Below, piece after piece: positions 58,673 to 64,000 of a stretch of DNA of 64,000 nucleotides. The stretch lies in IMG/VR virus record IMGVR_UViG_3300024346_000052; one strand, written 5' to 3'. This DNA is from an uncultured virus (IMG/VR IMGVR_UViG_3300024346_000052). Lineage: Duplodnaviria > Heunggongvirae > Uroviricota > Caudoviricetes > Crassvirales. The translations under genes were made by a program, and so were the position numbers. Numbering within the stretch: the stretch's first letter is position 1; each line of letters opens with the position of its first letter. The notes below the pieces were generated by a model that ran no database searches, was not told where the DNA came from, and saw only the letters and a program-made list of their open reading frames with translations.

Positions 58673-59920
58673 TTAGTCGTTTCTTTTAACTACGTATTTA
58701 CCTTTTTTATCTTCTTTAACTCTAGAATAATCTTGAACGCTAAGTTGTGGGTAATTTTTAGGATTATTACCTTTGTTTTTAAATTTAGCCTCAAAATCAT
58801 CTTCACTAACATAGTCTCCAGTGTTGTAATTGCTAAAACCTCTCACCGTATCGCTTTTCATAGCTTTTTCTTTAGGTTTTCCGTTCATGTTTAATGGTGA
58901 ATGACTACCACCTCTCATGTGTTTTAACACCTTACTTGCTCCCATGTGTGACAAAGCTTTAGGTTCTTGATCAATTACCGGTCCACCGTAAGATAAGTCT
59001 CTTGACATATTCATAGGAGAATCTTTTTTACCGTACATTTTAGCAGGAGAAGCCTCTATTTTAGCTTTTAATTCAGCTGGTAAATTATTTTGCTTACCAA
59101 CTAGTTCTTTTTCAAGAGGTGATTTCTTACCATACATGTTCATAGGAGATTTATCATCAGCCCTTTCGTTTTCTAAATAATGTAATCTAGCCGATGCTGA
59201 TAAATTCTTATTATAAGCTTCTTTGTTATCATAAGCTTTACCCGTCATCTGAACAGGAGATGCTTTTTTAGCTTTTTTTCTACTAGAATATCCTTGAGGG
59301 TTATTCATTCTTATACTTCCATCATCTCTAAACTTACGATCACCAGTGCTCATTACTTTCTTTTTCTTTTGACCACTTGCTGTTTTAGTTTTCACTTTAA
59401 CTGTAGCTTGTTTTTTACCTGATTTAGTTTTATATCTTTTGATTTTAACTTTAACCTTAGTACCACTATCAGTTGTATACCTGTCTTTTCTTTTTCCAGC
59501 TTTTTTCATGTCCTTCATTTTAGCAGGTGATTTAGTCTTTTTGTCAACTTTTTCTAACTTCAACTGAATTTTAGCAGCTTTAGTAAATCCTTTATCCATT
59601 CTTTTATCAGCTTTTTCTTCTGATCCTTCACTTTTTCTAGGCTTTAAATTACCAGCTCTACCTTTAAAACTAGATAAGTTATTATTCTTATCTATTTTAT
59701 TTATTAACTTAGCTCTTTTTTTAGGAGATCCATCTGCTTTTTTTAAACCTTTAACAGCTTTCTTCTTATATTTTTTATTAAGCTTTGTTAATTGTTCTTT
59801 TTTCTTAGCTTCATTTTTAAAAGCTTTTTTTAAAGTCTTGTCTTGTTTTTTACCGGTTGTTGATTGAACTTTCTTTTCAAGCTTATCACCTTTCTTTCTA
59901 AGTCGATCTAATTTCTTCAT
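58673..59920 (-). CDS. Very basic modular protein with seven SP-hydrophobic motifs; first gene of the late arm
   Basis: Lys-rich; SPAKM x2, SPVQM, SPMNM x2, SPLEK, SPLNM. Confidence 0.7.
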   Translation of the reverse strand: MKKLDRLRKKGDKLEKKVQSTTGKKQDKTLKKAFKNEAKKKEQLTKLNKKYKKKAVKGLKKADGSPKKRAKLINKIDKNNNLSSFKGRAGNLKPRKSEGSEEKADKRMDKGFTKAAKIQLKLEKVDKKTKSPAKMKDMKKAGKRKDRYTTDSGTKVKVKIKRYKTKSGKKQATVKVKTKTASGQKKKKVMSTGDRKFRDDGSIRMNNPQGYSSRKKAKKASPVQMTGKAYDNKEAYNKNLSASARLHYLENERADDKSPMNMYGKKSPLEKELVGKQNNLPAELKAKIEASPAKMYGKKDSPMNMSRDLSYGGPVIDQEPKALSHMGASKVLKHMRGGSHSPLNMNGKPKEKAMKSDTVRGFSNYNTGDYVSEDDFEAKFKNKGNNPKNYPQLSVQDYSRVKEDKKGKYVVKRND

Positions 59921-59970
59921 AATTTCTTTTAATACATGTATTATTATTTTTTGTTTAAGTACTTAAATAT

Positions 59971-59999
59971 ATAAGTTACATATTATATTTATTATTTAC
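59971..59999 (-). promoter_or_regulatory. Class B-like promoter heading the structural arm
   Basis: GTAAA-N15-GTAACTTAT; TGTAAAT-N12-ATGTAA is shared exactly with the site at 2520. Confidence 0.5.
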
Positions 60000-60011
60000 A
60001 ATTGAACAATA

Positions 60012-60055
60012 GTGACATTAGCCTGTTACTCTATACCTTATACTGCTATTGTCAT
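60012..60055. promoter_or_regulatory. 44-bp palindromic operator-like element, copy 2
   Basis: GTGACATTAGC-N22-GCTATTGTCAT; inverted homologue of 1128-1171. Confidence 0.75.
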
Positions 60056-60327
60056 ACTTTTAAAAAAGTTGTAAAATATATAGAACCTAGGTGTTGCCCC
60101 CCTCCCTATCCATTCCTTTAATCTAAGGAAAGTCAAATATACAAAGCGGGCCCCTCCTGTTTCATTTCTTATCTCGAATCTTTATATATTCTCATATGAG
60201 CTCTCGTCTGTATATGAATCGATGTCTCGTCTTCCCCCACATTCTTGACTTTTACTATTATAATAATACAATGTCAATACGATCTTCATTAGATAATATA
60301 ATCAACTAACAAATAAATAATAACAAT

Positions 60328-60420
60328 ATGAATAACTTAAATAAAATCCTATCACTCGACATCGTACTACCTACATTCTTTATAACATATGAATTAATAT
60401 TCTTACTAATAATTTCTTAG
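60328..60420 (+). CDS. 30-aa hydrophobic peptide
   Basis: ATG follows the first class A motif. Confidence 0.4.
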   Translation: MNNLNKILSLDIVLPTFFITYELIFLLIIS

Positions 60421-60546
60421 ATATGTTTACATGTCGCGCAGTACTTCTAGCTAATAAATAACATATAAACAAATATACACTTTTACAAACTAAATACGAC
60501 AACAACAAGATAATAATAATAACTAAACTAAATAAATAATAAATAT

Positions 60547-60783
60547 ATGAAAACTAATAAACTAACAACTAAAAGATTTGTAATAAGAAAATCTTTACTC
60601 GGTACAAATACAGTAATAACATTTACTAATAAGAAAGAAGTAACATTCACTTATGATCACGATGAAATTTACTCAACATTTCAACAAAAGTTTGAAGAAA
60701 TGGCTTGTTTTCAACAGTACAAATCTTATACAAATTCTAATACTGTTCCAAAATTCTGTAGAGAATTAAGTACTCAGTCTTAA
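60547..60783 (+). CDS. Hypothetical early protein
   Basis: ORF after class A motif. Confidence 0.7.
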   Translation: MKTNKLTTKRFVIRKSLLGTNTVITFTNKKEVTFTYDHDEIYSTFQQKFEEMACFQQYKSYTNSNTVPKFCRELSTQS

Positions 60784-60791
60784 AAACTAAA

Positions 60792-60845
60792 AGTCGACGT
60801 TGATAGTAATACTTTAACGACTATAAATAACACGAACATATTACT
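60792..60845 (+). ncRNA. Candidate pseudoknotted structured RNA
   Basis: Stem CGTTGA/TTAACG; loop AGTAATA complementary to downstream TATTACT. Confidence 0.45.
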
Positions 60846-60852
60846 CAACACA

Positions 60853-60896
60853 TAGCCGAAATGGTTGGAAGTGAGATTCGATTTCTCACTCGGTTA
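60853..60896 (+). ncRNA. tRNA-like half structure (acceptor-like stem plus T-arm, no anticodon arm)
   Basis: TAGCCGA/TCGGTTA stem stacked on GTGAGA-TTCGATT-TCTCAC. Confidence 0.55.
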
Positions 60897-60950
60897 CAAA
60901 CTAATTACGATAGTCGTAAGATAATAATAATAACTATAAAAATAAATAAT

Positions 60951-61151
60951 ATGTATCACTCTAATTCCCCTTCAAACTGGTCATGGAAAAAAGCTTTTGA
61001 CGAAATGAACAAGTATGTTCATCAAACAGAAATGACTCAACAATCTATAAATCACGTACTAAATTATCCTGGTGAAGCTAATGGTGTCTTTATGTCACTA
61101 AGTAAATCACAACAAGATGATGTTTACGATATACTAAATCAAATAATATGA
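60951..61151 (+). CDS. Hypothetical early protein
   Basis: Start re-assigned to ATG 60951, downstream of the class A motif. Confidence 0.6.
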   Translation: MYHSNSPSNWSWKKAFDEMNKYVHQTEMTQQSINHVLNYPGEANGVFMSLSKSQQDDVYDILNQII

Positions 61152-61228
61152 ATAAAGAACAAAAACTATTTGTAGCAATATTAATTTGCTCAATACTAAT
61201 AATAATAACAGATGTCGTTACAAACTAA
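61148..61228 (+). CDS. 26-aa single-TM peptide
   Basis: ATGA-coupled; MNKEQKLFVAILICSILIIITDVVTN. Confidence 0.4.
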   Translation: MNKEQKLFVAILICSILIIITDVVTN

Positions 61229-61255
61229 ACACGACAAATAATAGATAATAATAAT

Positions 61256-61471
61256 ATGAATATAAAACAACATAAGCAAAAGCTTAACAAAAAATACAAT
61301 CAAGCGATTGTCGATAAAGTACTAAACTCAATGTGGTCAAAGCTCGGTAACGAGTTAGATGATGTTATGATGTCAGAAGGTTACTCTGAAACTAACAATG
61401 AAATGTTTGACGATCAAGATTGTTACTCAGGTATTATACTAAACATTATGAAGTTACAGTGTGATGAATAA
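61256..61471 (+). CDS. Hypothetical early protein
   Basis: ORF 6 nt after a class A motif. Confidence 0.65.
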   Translation: MNIKQHKQKLNKKYNQAIVDKVLNSMWSKLGNELDDVMMSEGYSETNNEMFDDQDCYSGIILNIMKLQCDE

Positions 61472-61521
61472 GTTTAACTGACGAGAGTTTAATACTCGAA
61501 ACTACGCAAGTAGTCTTAAAC
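61472..61521 (+). ncRNA. Type I hammerhead ribozyme
   Basis: GTTTAA-CTGACGA-GAGT(TTAAT)ACTC-GAAA-CTAC(GCAA)GTAG-TC-TTAAAC; full core and three perfect stems. Confidence 0.92.
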
Positions 61522-61537
61522 AAATAATTAACTAAAT

Positions 61538-61795
61538 ATGAAAAAAATAATAATGACTATAGGTGCATTTGCACTAATGTCTTCGGCAAGTAATAAGAAT
61601 TACCCTTCTGATCAACTATGTTATGCTATGTTGAACTTATCTCAAATGCAATTAGAAATGTGGGAAGATCTTGAAAACGGTAAACTTACTCAATCTCAAG
61701 CTGAAAACTGGAATGAAATAATTGAAGAAACTTATATATTCATTGAAGATTATTACAAGCATTTACCTGATGGAACATTAGTAGATAACTTTTAA
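61538..61795 (+). CDS. Putative exported small protein
   Basis: MKKII plus hydrophobic signal-like N-terminus. Confidence 0.6.
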   Translation: MKKIIMTIGAFALMSSASNKNYPSDQLCYAMLNLSQMQLEMWEDLENGKLTQSQAENWNEIIEETYIFIEDYYKHLPDGTLVDNF

Positions 61796-61850
61796 TACAA
61801 ACTGAATACGAATAACAATAGATAATATAATTAAATAAAATAAAATAAAT

Positions 61851-62033
61851 ATGAATAAATCAGAAAAAACGGCAATTACGTCAATTACAGGAATACTAAT
61901 GATAGTATTAGTAGCAATAGCAACATCTTGCTCACCTACACAAACAGCTTATAAATCAGGAGTTAAAAAGAAATTTAACGGAAAACTAGTAAGTCACGCG
62001 CATAACTACAACGCTTGTCCAGCTTATCAATAA
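61851..62033 (+). CDS. Putative lipoprotein
   Basis: Hydrophobic signal ending in lipobox-like IATS-C. Confidence 0.6.
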   Translation: MNKSEKTAITSITGILMIVLVAIATSCSPTQTAYKSGVKKKFNGKLVSHAHNYNACPAYQ

Positions 62034-62042
62034 AATATAACT

Positions 62043-62213
62043 ATGACAGAACAACAAGCAATTGAAGCAATCGCTAATGATATACAAGATGGTATCTACG
62101 GTTGGACACAGAAATGTGGAACAGAGTGGCAAAAGTGGACATATTCACTAATGCAAGCTAAGAAAATATATAATGGTGATTTAATAATAAATTTAAGTAT
62201 AGAAAATGAATAG
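62043..62213 (+). CDS. Hypothetical 56-aa protein (not in ORF track)
   Basis: Hand-translated; overlaps the next start. Confidence 0.6.
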   Translation: MTEQQAIEAIANDIQDGIYGWTQKCGTEWQKWTYSLMQAKKIYNGDLIINLSIENE

Positions 62214-62391
62214 AGATAGAGAATGGGATTTTATGGAAGAACATAGAGAGCTAATGGAAACAGAAGATGAAAGATCTTTACTAGCAACTTTTGCACTAGT
62301 AGTCAGAGAACTCGCTATAAAGTTTCCTAATGATCAAGAATTAGGTGCAGAAGTAAGAAAATTAATACAAGATTATAAACTAAATACATGA
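62206..62391 (+). CDS. Hypothetical protein
   Basis: FPNDQELGAEVRK motif; coupled. Confidence 0.65.
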   Translation: MNRDREWDFMEEHRELMETEDERSLLATFALVVRELAIKFPNDQELGAEVRKLIQDYKLNT

Positions 62392-62615
62392 AAAAAATAA
62401 TAATAGCAGCAAGTTTTTTATGCTTATTAAGTTTTAACACTAAAACTGATACAGTAAAAAACAAAATATTTCAAGCAACGCAAGTACAAACAACACTAAG
62501 AGAAGAGTTGTATTGGATTTATATAGACAATCCTACACTAGAAAACAAAAGTAATCATGTAGATGCTTTATATGTAGAGACTTTATTAAAAGAAATTCTA
62601 AATGATACAATTTAA
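62388..62615 (+). CDS. Putative exported small protein
   Basis: MKKIIIAASFLCLLSF signal-like N-terminus. Confidence 0.6.
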   Translation: MKKIIIAASFLCLLSFNTKTDTVKNKIFQATQVQTTLREELYWIYIDNPTLENKSNHVDALYVETLLKEILNDTI

Positions 62616-62642
62616 AAACGAACACTAACAGATAATATATAT

Positions 62643-62786
62643 ATGAAAACAATTAAATTTTACCCAAGCAATAGGTCACTAATAAGATTAGATGACAAAA
62701 TGATAAAAGGTTACACTATAGATAGTATACCAGACAACATAAACTCATGGTTTAACTATAAAGGTCTAACTTACGTAACAAGTTGA
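62643..62786 (+). CDS. Hypothetical 47-aa protein (not in ORF track)
   Basis: ATG 6 nt after a class A motif; WFNYKGLTYV. Confidence 0.6.
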   Translation: MKTIKFYPSNRSLIRLDDKMIKGYTIDSIPDNINSWFNYKGLTYVTS

Positions 62787-62842
62787 TATAAACCCAACTG
62801 ACGAAACTAATAGCTCATACTTGATCAGTATGGGCTTTTCGT
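62781..62842 (+). other. Two-hairpin RNA structure (terminator/processing/translational element)
   Basis: AGTTG/CAACT, then ACGAAA-[CTAAT bulge]-AGCTCATACT(TGATC)AGTATGGGCT-TTTCGT. Confidence 0.55.
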
Positions 62843-62845
62843 GGT

Positions 62846-63286
62846 ATGAAATGTAACCACAATATTCCACAAGCAAGATTAAATCTTGGCTATAAAGTAT
62901 GTGTCGATTGTAGTACAGTAGAAAAACTCGGCTGTATTGACACTATAAATCATAAAACTGGCAATACTATTCAAGTAATGTCACGTGAAGATGCAGAAAA
63001 AGCCAATAAGTTAACAAAACGAGCAGGTTTTGGTATACTAAGATCTATGTCTAATGGTTCAAGTCAACGTAAAGCTAATATGATCACTGGATGCTCAACT
63101 ACTTTTGTAGGTAACGACGTAATGTTCGAGCAAGTAGGTAAAACTTACATGGATTATTTAGAAGTTGATGAAGAAATTGCCCAGCGCTATCTCGATCGAG
63201 CGCTAAACAACGTAGAAATATCTCAATTACAATATAATAAGATAAAATTACTTTGTTACAGTCTAAATACGATCAATAATAGATAA
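62846..63286 (+). CDS. Protein with TraR/DksA-like zinc-finger N-terminus
   Basis: C...IPQARLNLGYKVCVDC. Confidence 0.55.
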   Translation: MKCNHNIPQARLNLGYKVCVDCSTVEKLGCIDTINHKTGNTIQVMSREDAEKANKLTKRAGFGILRSMSNGSSQRKANMITGCSTTFVGNDVMFEQVGKTYMDYLEVDEEIAQRYLDRALNNVEISQLQYNKIKLLCYSLNTINNR

Positions 63287-63302
63287 TATATTTAAATAAT
63301 AT

Positions 63303-63449
63303 ATGAATAAAATAACAAAAAAGCTCGAAAACTTGTACTCTTGGACAAAATTCTATCAAGATCGAGGTAATAAAGAAGCAATTAGAAAATGTCAAACTGA
63401 AATCGCACAGTTAAAACAAGCGTTTAATCAATTAAAGTCTAAAAAATGA
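63303..63449 (+). CDS. Hypothetical 48-aa protein (not in ORF track)
   Basis: After a class A motif; ATGA overlap with the next ORF. Confidence 0.6.
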   Translation: MNKITKKLENLYSWTKFYQDRGNKEAIRKCQTEIAQLKQAFNQLKSKK

Positions 63450-63736
63450 AAGATACTAACGCTATTGAAAAAGCACTAGAAAATAAGTGTAAACAAGAAA
63501 TAAACCAAGTAGTCAACGTTTTTATGAACGAACTCGAAGTAAAAATCAGAGGTGAATATAGTTCAGCTAATTATTACGACTTTACACCACCAAACAACGA
63601 TGGCAAGAAATCTTTTCACGTAATGGGTACTGAACAATTAAAAAATGTACTATTTAGAATGATTTCAAATGCTCATCTTGAGTCTATGGTTGCTTTAAAA
63701 TCAAAAGAATTAATTAAAAAACTTGAATTAGTATGA
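63446..63736 (+). CDS. Hypothetical protein
   Basis: Coupled ORF. Confidence 0.65.
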   Translation: MKDTNAIEKALENKCKQEINQVVNVFMNELEVKIRGEYSSANYYDFTPPNNDGKKSFHVMGTEQLKNVLFRMISNAHLESMVALKSKELIKKLELV

Positions 63737-64000
63737 AAAATAGAACACTAAACGAAATTAGACAATCAAAAGAGTATCAACAAGCTGTTAAATCAGGAAA
63801 TAATCTAGATTTAAATGTTGATGTAGCTATAGACGAAATAGTAGATAATCTCAATACTCACTTGTTTGATATAATATTTCAAACAGTAAATGATGAAATG
63901 CATAAGTATACTGTGTTTCAAGAACAAACTTATCTAACTCCTGAAGGCATGGATATGTTTGAAGAGCAATGGTTCGAGTTTTATCATGAGCATCACGGTG
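63733..64000 (+). CDS. Hypothetical protein, runs off the window
   Basis: ATGA-coupled, open to the window end. Confidence 0.6.
   Translation, partial: MKNRTLNEIRQSKEYQQAVKSGNNLDLNVDVAIDEIVDNLNTHLFDIIFQTVNDEMHKYTVFQEQTYLTPEGMDMFEEQWFEFYHEHHG

Larger units (their letters stand above)
60267..63287 (+). repeat. Seven dispersed copies of the class A 31-bp motif TACA-N8-ACGA-N8-AGATAAT
   Basis: Copies start at 60267, 60484, 60895, 61219, 61796, 62606 and 63257; each lies upstream of an ATG. Confidence 0.9.

Noticed and set aside
11443..58894. Many short + strand ORFs antisense to structural genes, and alternate-frame ORFs such as 42433..42906
   Set aside because: Shadows of long coding genes, with no motifs or initiation context
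60071..60099. GTAAA-N15-GTGTT as a rightward class B promoter
   Set aside because: The -10-like block does not match GTRATWRTA
60792..60896. Pistol ribozyme or complete tRNA gene
   Set aside because: Pistol GCG and P2 partner are absent; no anticodon arm or CCA for a tRNA
60861..60950. ORF-track N-terminal extension of 60861..61151
   Set aside because: Overlaps the tRNA-like structure and the class A motif; ATG 60951 fits better
62798..62807. CTGACGAAAC resembling a second hammerhead core
   Set aside because: No stem II between CUGANGA and GAAA and no matching stems I/III; these bases pair in an ordinary hairpin instead
60267..63287. 31-bp repeats as a CRISPR array
   Set aside because: Spacing is 200-800 bp with genes between copies, the repeat has degenerate internal spacers, and no cas genes are present
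1..64000. Stop-codon recoding as seen in some crAss-like phages
   Set aside because: Long genes are intact under code 11, TAG and TGA both end well-supported genes, and no suppressor tRNA is seen

Overview
This is most of a tailed dsDNA phage genome, AT-rich and in the standard genetic code. It is most likely a podovirus-like phage of a Bacteroidota (Flavobacteriia-like) host: starts are A/T-rich without Shine-Dalgarno motifs, and the head/tail gene order is crAss-like. There are three blocks. (1) 1-11.1 kb, + strand, replication and nucleotide metabolism: ligase, HTH protein, sigma factor, ERF, exonuclease, SSB, primase-helicase, T4 gp42-like dCMP hydroxymethylase, GIY-YIG/MazG fusion, endonuclease I-like, class II RNR. 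(2) 11.2-59.9 kb, - strand, virion and lysis arm: GroEL/GroES, amidase, fibres, terminase, portal, capsid, tail proteins and a 3398-aa ejection-type polyvalent protein. (3) 60.3-64 kb, + strand, small early-type genes. The non-coding layer is the most striking part. It has a rigidly spaced 31-bp motif (TACA-N8-ACGA-N8-AGATAAT, 8 copies), a second promoter-like motif (6 copies), a 44-bp palindromic operator present twice, a complete hammerhead ribozyme, a tRNA-like half molecule and a pseudoknot. The giant virion protein carries what looks like a sigma region-2 domain, suggesting an injected sigma-like factor could drive early transcription (inference). All protein calls come from motif recognition by eye; no searches were run. 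No DNA polymerase or virion RNA polymerase is recognisable in the window.
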